Shown here one piece after another: positions 7,809-16,767 of a stretch of DNA of 64,000 nt. The DNA is from an uncultured Nitrososphaerota archaeon (lineage in GTDB: Archaea; Thermoproteota; Nitrososphaeria; Nitrososphaerales; Gagatemarchaeaceae), in contig OY969807.1 in assembly GCA_963703285.1 (NCBI GenBank), positions 192,001 to 256,000 of the forward strand. Direction: 5' to 3'. Made by a program: the position numbers and the translations under genes. The notes under the pieces were generated by a model. It saw only the letters and a program-made list of their open reading frames with translations. It did no database searches and was not told where the DNA came from. Every line of letters begins with the position of its first letter. Positions within the stretch are counted from its first letter, which is position 1.

Positions 7809-10283
7809 ATGAGCTCTTCCGTAGGTTCAAACGTAGGAACGGGCAACGGTCCCTTCAACCTGGTAGGAAAGTCTACGGTCAACAGACGCGCCACCTACAA
7901 CCAGATTACAGGTGTGCGAGTGAACCAGAGCGACATCCTTCCCGTTCACGTCGGGGCCTCGGCCTTCGTCTACATGGGCTACGTTACCTGCCCATACCCT
8001 AACGCGATGATCAAGAGCATTGATGTTAGCGCGGCGGAGGCGGCCGGAGCCCAGACGCTATCTGCCCTGGACACGGACTACCTTCCAGCATTCAATTACT
8101 ACTCCACCGCGAACGGCAGAAACCGGGGACCCCTCCCCTACCCCCAGTGTATGTACTCGGGCCAGCCCGTGGTCGCGGTCGGGGCTGCCACCCCAGACCT
8201 GCTCAACGACGCAATCAACCTGGTCAAGGTTGAATATGAGCCTCTCCCATACGTCTTCGACGCGGAGGGAGCGCTGGCGCCGGGCGCGCCTGTACTATGG
8301 CCAGGCGGCAACTCTCCAAATGGGGCTGCCGGCATAGACAACGGATATCCGCCGAGTGTGGCGGCCATCTCTTTCGGTGACGCGGCCGCAGCCATCGAGG
8401 CGGCCGACGCGGTCGTCACGCTCCCAACGCTGGACACTCAATTCGTCCAGCACTTCACGACCGAGCCCCGAGGGCTTGTCGCAGAATGGACAGCCAACGG
8501 CGGGGTCAATATCTGGAGCGACACCCAGTATGCCGCCTCCATACCGGCCATGATCTCCGCCTACTTCATGATACCGGCGGCCGACGTAGTCTGCAGAACC
8601 AACCTCGGTGGAGCCGACACAACAACGGGAAGCTGCGTTGTGGGTTGCGCCACCGGCAACAAGGTGTCTGGCGAAGAGTACATCACAGCGGTGGCGCTCT
8701 CGAAGAAGGCAGGGTCGCCTGTGAAATTCCTCAACACCAGATTCAATGACTCACTCGCCACAACTGCCCGCTTTCCGCAGCGCGCCTACGTCACGATTGC
8801 CGGGACGAGCGCCGGAAAGATTACGGCGGTGAAGGCCTCCGTGTACACGAACGAAGGTGCGCTCGCCGGCGAGGATAATGAACTCAGCGAGTTCTACGCG
8901 AGCTACACCATTCCGAACGTCGACCTCGTGAGCTATTCTGCCAACACCAACGGATACGGCCAATCCGGTGCTATGCGCGATGTCGGCGAAAGCCAGTGCT
9001 CATTCTTCATGGAAACGGCTGTCGACATGCTTGCCGAGAAGCTGAACATAGACCCCGTGACATTCCGGCTCAACAACATGATAACAACGGGTTACACCGA
9101 CCCGGCCACAGGGACGGTCTACCCCAACACCGCGTTCGACCCCAGCACCGGACAAGCGTTCTCCGGATTCAGCGAGCCGGCCATCCAACTCAAGACAGCG
9201 GCGGCCTTCAACTGGAGCGGCAGATGGAAGGGCTGGGGAGTACCGAGCGGTACACCAATCAACTCTGGCGAAACCCAAGGTACAGGCCAGAAGCTGCGAG
9301 GGGTCGGCGTATCGCTGCTCTCTGCAAACAAGGGTAGCTTTGCGTACGGCTCGGGCCAAATCTCGGTCGATCCCACGGGCGCAATAACGGTCTACTCAGG
9401 GATAATGGACCACGGAGGCGGAGGAAACACGACCATACCGCTGATCGCTGCAGAGTGCCTTGGTCAGACAGACTTCAGCAACATGACTGTCGTCATGTCA
9501 GACAGCTCCCTCACGACCGACACACTGGGCACGTTCGGTAGCCTGGGGACGCGCGACGGAGGCATGGGCCAAGTCGTGGCCGCCCAGAATCTTGCGAGCC
9601 AGTGGTTCCCGATCGTCGCCGCCAAGCTAGCACCCGGGACGCAGCCGGCCAACCTCGCGTTCGGGACCAACACGATCTACGACACGACAAACCTCAGCAA
9701 CTCGATGTCGTTCAAAGCCGCGGCCGCTCTCCTCCCCGCCACGATTACAGGCAACTCGGGGTTGGTGTTCGGGCCTTTCAACCTTACGTACCGCGTCGGC
9801 GGCACGAAGATGTGCGAAGTCGAGGTGGACACGGAGACCGCGGACGTCCGCGTGATAAACGCGACGTGCGGAATTGGTCTCGGTCGCGTTATCTTCGCGC
9901 GTGGCGCGGAGGGCCAGGTCCAGGGTGGCTTCATAGGACACGGGATAGGCGAATCACTCACCGAAGAGCACATAAACGACTCGTCAACCGGGCTCAAGTA
10001 CTCCGGAGGCGCCCTTAACGCGAACTTCCTTGACAACAAGGTACCCACGATAACGATGGCGCCCGACACTCTGACCCCCGTGTATGAGGAGTACGTCGAC
10101 CCAGTTGGGCCCTTCGGCGCAACCGGAATCGGGGAGCCCTGCCTCATTGGCGCCATACCGTGCATCCTGAACGCCCTGAGCAACGCACTGGGCGGGTACA
10201 GGTTCACCAAGACCCCGGTGAGGAAGGAGGACATCGTAACGGCGCTGCAGTGGATGGAGACGAACCGGAAGCTCCCATCATAG
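7809..10283 (+). CDS. Xanthine dehydrogenase-family molybdopterin-binding large subunit (PaoC-like)
   Basis: VEYEPLP, EPRG, IDPVTFRLNN, EVEVDTET, GQVQGG, GPFGATGIGEP. GGAGGTG SD precedes ATG 7809. Confidence 0.92.
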   Translation: MSSSVGSNVGTGNGPFNLVGKSTVNRRATYNQITGVRVNQSDILPVHVGASAFVYMGYVTCPYPNAMIKSIDVSAAEAAGAQTLSALDTDYLPAFNYYSTANGRNRGPLPYPQCMYSGQPVVAVGAATPDLLNDAINLVKVEYEPLPYVFDAEGALAPGAPVLWPGGNSPNGAAGIDNGYPPSVAAISFGDAAAAIEAADAVVTLPTLDTQFVQHFTTEPRGLVAEWTANGGVNIWSDTQYAASIPAMISAYFMIPAADVVCRTNLGGADTTTGSCVVGCATGNKVSGEEYITAVALSKKAGSPVKFLNTRFNDSLATTARFPQRAYVTIAGTSAGKITAVKASVYTNEGALAGEDNELSEFYASYTIPNVDLVSYSANTNGYGQSGAMRDVGESQCSFFMETAVDMLAEKLNIDPVTFRLNNMITTGYTDPATGTVYPNTAFDPSTGQAFSGFSEPAIQLKTAAAFNWSGRWKGWGVPSGTPINSGETQGTGQKLRGVGVSLLSANKGSFAYGSGQISVDPTGAITVYSGIMDHGGGGNTTIPLIAAECLGQTDFSNMTVVMSDSSLTTDTLGTFGSLGTRDGGMGQVVAAQNLASQWFPIVAAKLAPGTQPANLAFGTNTIYDTTNLSNSMSFKAAAALLPATITGNSGLVFGPFNLTYRVGGTKMCEVEVDTETADVRVINATCGIGLGRVIFARGAEGQVQGGFIGHGIGESLTEEHINDSSTGLKYSGGALNANFLDNKVPTITMAPDTLTPVYEEYVDPVGPFGATGIGEPCLIGAIPCILNALSNALGGYRFTKTPVRKEDIVTALQWMETNRKLPS

Positions 10284-10297
10284 GAGAGTGGATCGAA

Positions 10298-11335
10298 ATG
10301 AGAAACGAACTAAACCAATTCGGATACCTGGTGCCGACCTCGGTTGGCGACGCGGTATCACTCCTGACGAAGTATGGAGGGAACGCGAGAGTCATCGCTG
10401 GTGGGACGGACCTGCTCTACCTGATGAAGAACCAAGTGGATACGCTGACACCGGAGTACGTGGTAGACATCTCGGGGCTCGGACTCGACGAAGTAGAGTT
10501 CAGCCAGAGCGCCGGCCTGACCATCGGAGCGACCGCGAACGTCCTCACAATCTCGAATGACCCGAACGTCAACCAGTACTATGGTGCGATCGCAGGGGCG
10601 GCCACGGGCCATCCAAACCAGATAGCCAGTCAGGCCACCGCCGGAGGGGAAATCTCACAGGAAGTGTGGTGCTGGTACCTGCGTAACAACTACGACTGCT
10701 GGAGGAACGGCGGGAACGTCTGCTATGCGGTCGCCGGAGACAACCGTTACTACCACAGCATCTTCGGAGGCAACCTCTGCTACGCGGTCCACGCTGGCGA
10801 CCTGACGACGGCGCTCTTCGCGCACGACGCCACTCTGACGGTGCAGGGTCCGGGAGGCTCGAGCAAGATGACGATGGACCAGTTCATGCCGGGCGTCACC
10901 ATAGTGGACGGCCGCGTCAAGGAGAACAGCCTCCGCTACAACGAGATAGTGACCCAGATCAACGTGCCTACGCCCGCGTCAGGGACGCTCAGCACGTTCT
11001 TCAGGATGACCGACAGAGCCGCCATCGACTTCCCATTGGCGAGTGCGGCTGTCGTCGCGACGACCAGCGGGAGCACAATCTCCAGCGCCAGGGTGGTGGT
11101 GGGCCACGTCGCCAACAAGCCTATCAGGGCATCCTCGGCAGAATCCTACCTCGCCGGAAAGACACTCCCTCTGTCAGAGGACGTCATTGCGCAGGCGGCG
11201 AAGAACGCCCTGTCGGGCGCCACACCACTGACGCACCAGAGCGTCGGGGCGAACGGCTTGGGTCAGGGGAACGCGTTCCGAGTATTCATCGCGCAAGGAG
11301 TGGTGAAGAACGCCCTGCGGGCCCTGAACTCGTAG
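10298..11335 (+). CDS. FAD-binding medium subunit with a 4Fe-4S insertion (PaoB/YagS-like)
   Basis: IAGGTDL motif; WCWYLR..DCWRNGGNVCYA...LCYAVH Cys cluster. Confidence 0.9.
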   Translation: MRNELNQFGYLVPTSVGDAVSLLTKYGGNARVIAGGTDLLYLMKNQVDTLTPEYVVDISGLGLDEVEFSQSAGLTIGATANVLTISNDPNVNQYYGAIAGAATGHPNQIASQATAGGEISQEVWCWYLRNNYDCWRNGGNVCYAVAGDNRYYHSIFGGNLCYAVHAGDLTTALFAHDATLTVQGPGGSSKMTMDQFMPGVTIVDGRVKENSLRYNEIVTQINVPTPASGTLSTFFRMTDRAAIDFPLASAAVVATTSGSTISSARVVVGHVANKPIRASSAESYLAGKTLPLSEDVIAQAAKNALSGATPLTHQSVGANGLGQGNAFRVFIAQGVVKNALRALNS

Positions 11336-11340
11336 AGTCG

Positions 11341-11604
11341 ATGGCTCTGAGTTCGGCTCCAAGCGGCCTTCCAGTCAGAGAGCAGGGTGAGCCGGAGGAC
11401 CTTGCTCTCTCCGAAATTTTCGAGAGACACAAGAATACATGGGTGGCGATGACAGTTACCGGAAGGGACAGGAACTTTCAGCCAACAAGAGGTAGGGTGC
11501 TGGCGACCGACTTGGACCAGTACAAGCTGAGGCAGAAGATTTTGAAATACGCCGACATCTGCATCCTCTATGCTGGTGAACCTCAATTCCCTCTGTTCCT
11601 TTAA
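11341..11604 (+). CDS. Small DUF5678-like protein
   Basis: 87 aa, HKNTWVAM...GRVLATDLD pattern, upstream of retropepsin-like genes. Confidence 0.55.
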   Translation: MALSSAPSGLPVREQGEPEDLALSEIFERHKNTWVAMTVTGRDRNFQPTRGRVLATDLDQYKLRQKILKYADICILYAGEPQFPLFL

Positions 11605-11615
11605 CTTCTTCTTGC

Positions 11616-12052
11616 ATGCCCATTATCAGAAGACCTCTTCTGTAGGTCTCCGACAATATTTGTGCGCGATAGGGGCCGCAACGACAGCGTGAGAGAGTCT
11701 AACGCGCCGGCCGATGTCGGCCCCGAGTACTGTGTCATGCCTAGAGTCGACGCCCACCAGCTCGGCTATCGAGAGGCCGCGCTCGATACCCGATAACGCC
11801 CCCCCCCGCCAACGCAGTAACCTTTTCAAGCAATACCGGGGATTACACGGCGGCAAGATTAAGATGGCGCGGGTGGACCCGGGAAGTGTGTCCTTCAGAG
11901 ATGTCGACCTTGTCGCCCCTCATCCTCCTCAGGTGACCGGATTCGACGTCATACTAGTACAGAGCCTGTTGAAGTTCATGAAGCTTGAATTCGATTGTTC
12001 GGTTGGAAGGTTGAGGATAGAAGAGTTAAGAAAGAAGAGTGTGGAACCGTGA
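11616..12052 (+). pseudogene. Frameshifted retropepsin-like (clan AA protease fold) gene, paralog of the next gene
   Basis: Pieces in different frames: PTIFVRDRGRNDSVRESNAPADVGPEYCVMPRVDAHQLGYREAA aligns with PMLVTVRVEGQNGRVRELSSVIDFNAPYCMVLFQDGIDLGYPEAA. The C-terminal piece is GFDVILVQSLLKFMKLEFD. Confidence 0.75.
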
Positions 12053-12546
12053 GATTCGCTCTAAAGTATCCCATGTTGGTAACCGTTCGAGTAGAAGGTC
12101 AAAACGGTCGTGTGAGGGAGTTGAGCTCGGTCATCGATTTCAACGCGCCATACTGTATGGTCCTTTTTCAAGATGGGATAGACCTTGGTTATCCCGAGGC
12201 GGCCAATAAACCTGTCAACTTGGGGCGGATCCACCCTGATAGGGTGCCTTGGTTTACCACCATGCGTGGTATAGAGCGAGGCATCTTAGTGACTCTGAGC
12301 AAGGTGTCGCTCGGTAGCTTGGTTGCGGAGAACGTGGACGCTGTGGTGCTCGAACTGGCACATCCACGCTTCCACACGTTCGAGATGATTCTGGGCCGGA
12401 CATTCTTGAAGAATTTCAAGCTCACAGTTGATATGAAGAATGGAAAGGACGGTTACCTTTCTCTGCTCCCGTCAGGAAAGAGGCGACCTGGTCCGCCAGC
12501 CCCCTCCCACCCCGAGATTCAACGGATGAATGCCCGAAGCGAGTAA
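12049..12546 (+). CDS. Retropepsin-like (clan AA aspartic protease fold) protein with a non-canonical active site
   Basis: VIDFNA in place of IDTGA; ILGRTFL motif; GTGA overlap with the upstream pseudogene. Confidence 0.75.
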   Translation: MRFALKYPMLVTVRVEGQNGRVRELSSVIDFNAPYCMVLFQDGIDLGYPEAANKPVNLGRIHPDRVPWFTTMRGIERGILVTLSKVSLGSLVAENVDAVVLELAHPRFHTFEMILGRTFLKNFKLTVDMKNGKDGYLSLLPSGKRRPGPPAPSHPEIQRMNARSE

Positions 12547-13104
12547 TTTTGCAGTGAGGGGATTCCAGCAGGTTGCGCCCGCGTAGCTCCGCAAACACAG
12601 TAGTCGAGGCCGACAAGGGTTACTGCGACGGGCCACTCATGTAGACGGTACGGGCGATTCGGCAGGGTACAAACAAAGTTCTGAAAGACAGCATTGACGC
12701 TACGAGCAAGTCACGCAGCTCCCCGTAGAACAGAGGTGATTCAGCTCACCGCCAATTGGATCGCACCCGTAGCTCCAATCCATCCTGCACCGCTGGCTGA
12801 GTGAGAAGAATCTGTCGGAGATATGAGGGTCCTGAACTCGACCAAGCCATGCTCAGGATTTGATCCTCGCCGCATAACCCCTCCAACAGTCTTCGCCTCT
12901 TCATTTCCAGATTCATCACGTGCTTCTCGAGCGACGGTTCCTCAGCCTCCCGGCGACCGCACTTAACCCTGGGAATCAGCATGGGACGCTCAAAATTCTA
13001 AGCAAGCCTCTTCTGGCCCGCGCAGTACTCCTGGCGATTTCCACCTTGCCCGAAGTCGTTGTCTCAGTGTAATTCGAAGGGGCTCTTTGCAGGTTACTGC
13101 GCAA

Positions 13105-13147
13105 GGAAGGGATTCGAACCTAAAGTTGGACTCCCGCCCGGGGCATC
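13105..13147 (+). repeat. att-like copy 3: right-end motif plus 16-bp tRNA-Glu 3' core
   Basis: GGAAGGGATTCGAACCTAAAGTTGGAC-TCCCGCCCGGGGCATC, followed by unrelated sequence with a T-tract (likely the native tRNA trailer). Confidence 0.93.
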
Positions 13148-13292
13148 TCGCCACCATTTCAAGCGTTTTTCAGCCGTAAATCAGTCTCCTGCAGTTGCCC
13201 GAGTCGCGGATCAATCGGCCAGGCGTAACCCAGCGATCTCCCTGTTACAAAGCCATAAATTGACCGCGCTGCGACGTGTGTAAGGTTCCGGT

Positions 13293-13577
13293 ATGTGGAA
13301 AATCGAGTGCCCCAACTGCCACCATCTCTTCAGCGTGGTGACAGAAGAGAACAAAGACTTGATCGATGATGAGAAGGCGGAGGACATCAAGGAGAACTCC
13401 CACGAACGCGTGGAAGACGCCCTCGAGAATCTGGTCCCGTACAGCAGACGCGTCCCTGGATCCTTCGGCAAGGAGGTCGATGTGGACGACCTTACCTACG
13501 AATACAAGTTCAAATGCAAACATTGCGGCTTCGAATGGACCGAACTCAAGGAGAAAGAGCGAGTAGCGAAGGAGTAG
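13293..13577 (+). CDS. Small Zn-ribbon protein
   Basis: CPNC...CKHC, 94 aa, TATA-like ATAAAT upstream. Confidence 0.75.
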   Translation: MWKIECPNCHHLFSVVTEENKDLIDDEKAEDIKENSHERVEDALENLVPYSRRVPGSFGKEVDVDDLTYEYKFKCKHCGFEWTELKEKERVAKE

Positions 13578-13628
13578 GCCGGGTGCACGCGACCCCGTCT
13601 GCCGCTAGAAACGCCGACCGGGGTGCCT

Positions 13629-14117
13629 TTACCGCGGAGCTTCCCTTGCAGGAGGGAGGTTTCGAAGCTCTTGCAGGGCCCAGTTGGCGTTGCGAAGTCT
13701 CTTCGCCAGCGTACGGATCACTTCTATTGCGACGTCTGGGTTCTTCCTGAGGAACGCGTAGAACGCGGGTCCCTTGATGCTCAGGCAGGTCGTCTGCTCG
13801 ATTGGGACGATGTCCGCGCTTCTCCCTGTCTGGTACTCGTCCAGGAACGCCATCTCCCCGAAGAATTGCCCCTTCCCAAGCGCGGCGATCACCCTGCTCT
13901 TCTTCCGGACTTCCACCCTGCCCCGCAGGATGATGTATAGCTCGGCCAGCAGGGAGCCGTCCTTGACCATCACCTGGCCCGGAGCGTAGGTCTCCTCCCT
14001 CGCGTCGCGCAGCAACGCCTCCAAGCTCCTTTTCTCCAGGTCGTGCAGTATAGGAACCTGGCGCAGGAGATCTACTACCCTGTCTTCCTCGCGCTTGTTC
14101 TGAGGTCTGGTCCCCAT
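13629..14117 (-). CDS. Cyclic-nucleotide-binding domain protein
   Basis: LYIILRGRVEV...LGKGQFFGEMAFL...RSAD motif, no HTH. Confidence 0.9.
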   Translation of the reverse strand: MGTRPQNKREEDRVVDLLRQVPILHDLEKRSLEALLRDAREETYAPGQVMVKDGSLLAELYIILRGRVEVRKKSRVIAALGKGQFFGEMAFLDEYQTGRSADIVPIEQTTCLSIKGPAFYAFLRKNPDVAIEVIRTLAKRLRNANWALQELRNLPPAREAPR

Positions 14118-14208
14118 CCTCTCCCTGAATCGCAGCCTGCTACGTGCTTAAGCTTTGGCAGAGAATTTGCAGTCTTCCCTGGCGGGGCCGCAGGGAGGTG
14201 CAAGTCGC

Positions 14209-14400
14209 TTACTGAGTGTTGTTACCGCGCTTCCGCCTCTTCGCCTTCTCTCGTTCGTCCTCCTTCTCCTCTATCTTCTCGACCTGAAGCTCCTCCTTCT
14301 GCCCGACGGTCTCCTTCGAAATCTCCTCGCTCTCCTCCGCTCCCTCGGGCTTGACCGGTCCCTCCTCCTCAGCCGCCCCGCCGTTTTCCTTTGGACTCAA
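14209..14400 (-). CDS. Small charged (Glu/Lys-rich) hypothetical protein
   Basis: 63 aa, TTG start preceded by GGAGG, TAAATA upstream. Confidence 0.5.
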   Translation of the reverse strand: MSPKENGGAAEEEGPVKPEGAEESEEISKETVGQKEELQVEKIEEKEDEREKAKRRKRGNNTQ

Positions 14401-14434
14401 CCCGCCTCCGGCCCCCTAGGCGAATATTTATGCG

Positions 14435-15070
14435 ATGAAGAGGCCGCGGCGCCGCGTGCGACGTACGCCTACCAGAGAAGCCACCCCTCATGGAGCCCTG
14501 GGCATCACCGGCACCCCCGGGGTGGGCAAGAAGTCCGTCTCCCGCCCTCTTGCGGCGATTCTGGACGCGCCCCTCCTCGAGATCAGCGGCCTTGCGAGGG
14601 AGCACTCGACCCCCGACGAGCATGGCGAGCTTCTGGTCGACGTCAGGGAGGTGCGCTCGGCGCTCTCCCGTCGGAACCTCTCGGGGACGATCGTCACGGG
14701 TCACCTCCTCGCGGACGTCCTGGGTCGCTCCAAGGCGGGATTCGTGGCCGTCCTGAGGTGCAAACCCGAGGTCCTCAAGAGGAGGCTCGCCTCGAGGGGC
14801 TACCCCGCCGAGAAGGTCATTGAGAACGTCGAGGCCGAGCTGATCGGGGTGGTCCTTGACGAGACCGTCCGCCGGTTCGGCTCCGGGAAGGTCCACGAGT
14901 ACGACTCGACCCGCGCCAGCCCGGCATCCCTGGCCAGGAGGATAGCGCGAGACTACCTGGAGGGCTCGGCCCAGTCCGCGCCCTGGATCGACTGGACCCT
15001 CGACTACGACTCCTCGACGAGGTTGACATCCCTCCTCTCCAAGCCGAGGACGGGGCCTGCGTCCACCTGA
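14435..15070 (+). CDS. Atypical adenylate kinase (AK6/Fap7-like); start uncertain
   Basis: GITGTPGVGK P-loop, VLRCKPEVLKRRLASRGY..EKVIENVEAE. Confidence 0.88.
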   Translation: MKRPRRRVRRTPTREATPHGALGITGTPGVGKKSVSRPLAAILDAPLLEISGLAREHSTPDEHGELLVDVREVRSALSRRNLSGTIVTGHLLADVLGRSKAGFVAVLRCKPEVLKRRLASRGYPAEKVIENVEAELIGVVLDETVRRFGSGKVHEYDSTRASPASLARRIARDYLEGSAQSAPWIDWTLDYDSSTRLTSLLSKPRTGPAST

Positions 15071-16767
15071 ACGAGTATCGGGCTCTGCAGGCGGGTGAGG
15101 CTGACCACGGCCTCCCCGACTCCCAGGGAGGAGACGTGGGCCAGCTGCTCCTTCCCTAGGTTGAGCGCCTCGCCGATAAGCCTCAGGTCCTCGGCCCAAG
15201 AGGTCCTGTGGATTATCCTGACCCCCGAGTTCTTGATCACTTCGGAGGCGACCTGTGTCGGAAACTGCGCCACGAAGATCATGGCCTCGCCGAACTTCCT
15301 TAGCTCCGAGATCATCCTCTCGCCGACGCTCGGCGGGTCCTCCTCCCTCCTCGCGGGTGCCACGTTCCGTGCCTCCTCGACGACCAGGAGGTGCTCCATC
15401 CTCCCCCTCCTGGACACCCTCGATTCGTAGATCACCTTGAGGAGTATGTCGACGAAGACGCTCCTCGTCTGTATGTCCCTTATCTGCCCCAGCTCGATCG
15501 AGAGCACCTTGTCGAGCATCTCGTCGATGGTATGGCTGGACGGTCCGTTGAGGGCCCTGCCGACCTGCCCCTCGGTGAGCGGCACGAGCCGTCTCAGGAG
15601 CGCGACCTTGGTCTCGTTGTCGTAAGCCGACCTCAGGGGGTATCCCTCGATCACCTTGACGAGCGAGGAGAGGGTTGGAACCTCGCGCTCAGAAGCCTCG
15701 CCCAGGCACTTCTGCAGCGCATTCCTGAACATGTACGCCTGGGGGTGAGTGAAGTGGTAGATGTCCGAGAATATGTCCGTGGTCATCGCGATGTGCTCCA
15801 CGGGGTCGGTCGAGGACCCCATGTCGAGCGGGTTGACGGTGAACTGGTCCTTGCCCGGCGAGAAGACCTGCCCGCCGACTGACCTTATGAGGTCTGCGTG
15901 CTCGTTGTGCCAGTCGAGGACCATCAGGGGCAGGCCCATCCCTGCCACCTGCCTGACGATCACCGACGCGCTCGTCGACTTGCCGGCGCCCGTCGCGCCC
16001 AGGATGGCCGTGTGCCTCCTGAGGTCGTCGAGCTGCAGCCTGAAGTCGTGGGAGGTGCCCGAGCGCGTCCTGACCTTGCCGAGCAGTATCCCGCTCGTCC
16101 CTGACTCGGCCGCGTTCGGGACGTAGAAGTCGGGTGCTCCGTGGCCAGGCTGGACGGAGGGGCTCCGCCCCTCGAAAGACTCCAGCCTGCTTATCGTGGA
16201 GGCGTCGGCGACCTGGGTGAGCTTCGGCTCGCTCGGCTGGAGGAGGTTCTGCGCGAAGTCCTTCAGCTCGTTTCTTGTGAGCCTCCTGACCGACGAGTTG
16301 GGGACGCCGACCGCGAGTGTGGCAGCGAGGACACCCGTGTTCTGCTCCATGGTCGCCATCGCGTCCGCGGCCCTCTTCGCCTTCACGTCCATCCAGGTCC
16401 CCACCACGAGGTCGAACTCGAAGACCTGGTTGTTCTCGTCGCCCTGCTCCGAGGGTTTGACGAGTATGAGGTAGAGGAAGGGTATCTTCGACCTGTGTAG
16501 GCCGTCGAACAGCCCCTTCATGCGCTGCTGCTGGAGCGTGATCCTAACGGCCGTCGAGTAGTCCAGCTTCGAGTCGTCCACCGTCTCCCCGAGGCCTATC
16601 CTCAGCATGGACATCAGCCTCGAGCTGTCTCCCTTGGTGAAGGCGAGGTAGCGGCCGTCCACGACACCGATGGAGTCTATCTTGAGCGGGACGGCGTTCC
16701 TGACCTTCCACTTCATCCTGGAGAAGATCCCGCCGCCCTCTCCCTCGCCGTCCACCCAGCTCACCAC
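15004..16767 (-). CDS. HerA/VirB4-like (DUF87) ATPase
   Basis: RRHTAILGATGAGKS, LDWHNEH, LVVEEA, ELRKFG, AQFP motifs. Confidence 0.88.
   Translation of the reverse strand: MVSWVDGEGEGGGIFSRMKWKVRNAVPLKIDSIGVVDGRYLAFTKGDSSRLMSMLRIGLGETVDDSKLDYSTAVRITLQQQRMKGLFDGLHRSKIPFLYLILVKPSEQGDENNQVFEFDLVVGTWMDVKAKRAADAMATMEQNTGVLAATLAVGVPNSSVRRLTRNELKDFAQNLLQPSEPKLTQVADASTISRLESFEGRSPSVQPGHGAPDFYVPNAAESGTSGILLGKVRTRSGTSHDFRLQLDDLRRHTAILGATGAGKSTSASVIVRQVAGMGLPLMVLDWHNEHADLIRSVGGQVFSPGKDQFTVNPLDMGSSTDPVEHIAMTTDIFSDIYHFTHPQAYMFRNALQKCLGEASEREVPTLSSLVKVIEGYPLRSAYDNETKVALLRRLVPLTEGQVGRALNGPSSHTIDEMLDKVLSIELGQIRDIQTRSVFVDILLKVIYESRVSRRGRMEHLLVVEEARNVAPARREEDPPSVGERMISELRKFGEAMIFVAQFPTQVASEVIKNSGVRIIHRTSWAEDLRLIGEALNLGKEQLAHVSSLGVGEAVVSLTRLQSPILVQVDAGPVLGLERRDVNLVEES

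Larger units (their letters stand above)
5203..13147. mobile_element. Integrated cassette 2 at tRNA-Glu (no integrase seen)
   Basis: Bounded by core copies 5187-5202 and 13132-13147. Contains visibly AT-richer stretches, long intergenic gaps and a pseudogene. Confidence 0.75.

Noticed and set aside
7809-10283. Aerobic CO dehydrogenase CoxL
   Set aside because: Lacks the AYxCSFR (form I) or AYxGAGR (form II) loop, and the partner subunits are Pao-like.
12560-13100. ORFs 12746-12982 and 13059-13283
   Set aside because: No motifs, the second runs across the att repeat, and the region is probably non-coding or decayed.
1398-13147. Integrase, transposase or viral genes inside the tRNA-linked blocks
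   Set aside because: No ORF shows R...HxxR...Y tyrosine-recombinase, DDE or capsid-like motifs that I can recognise. A very degraded remnant cannot be excluded without HMMs.
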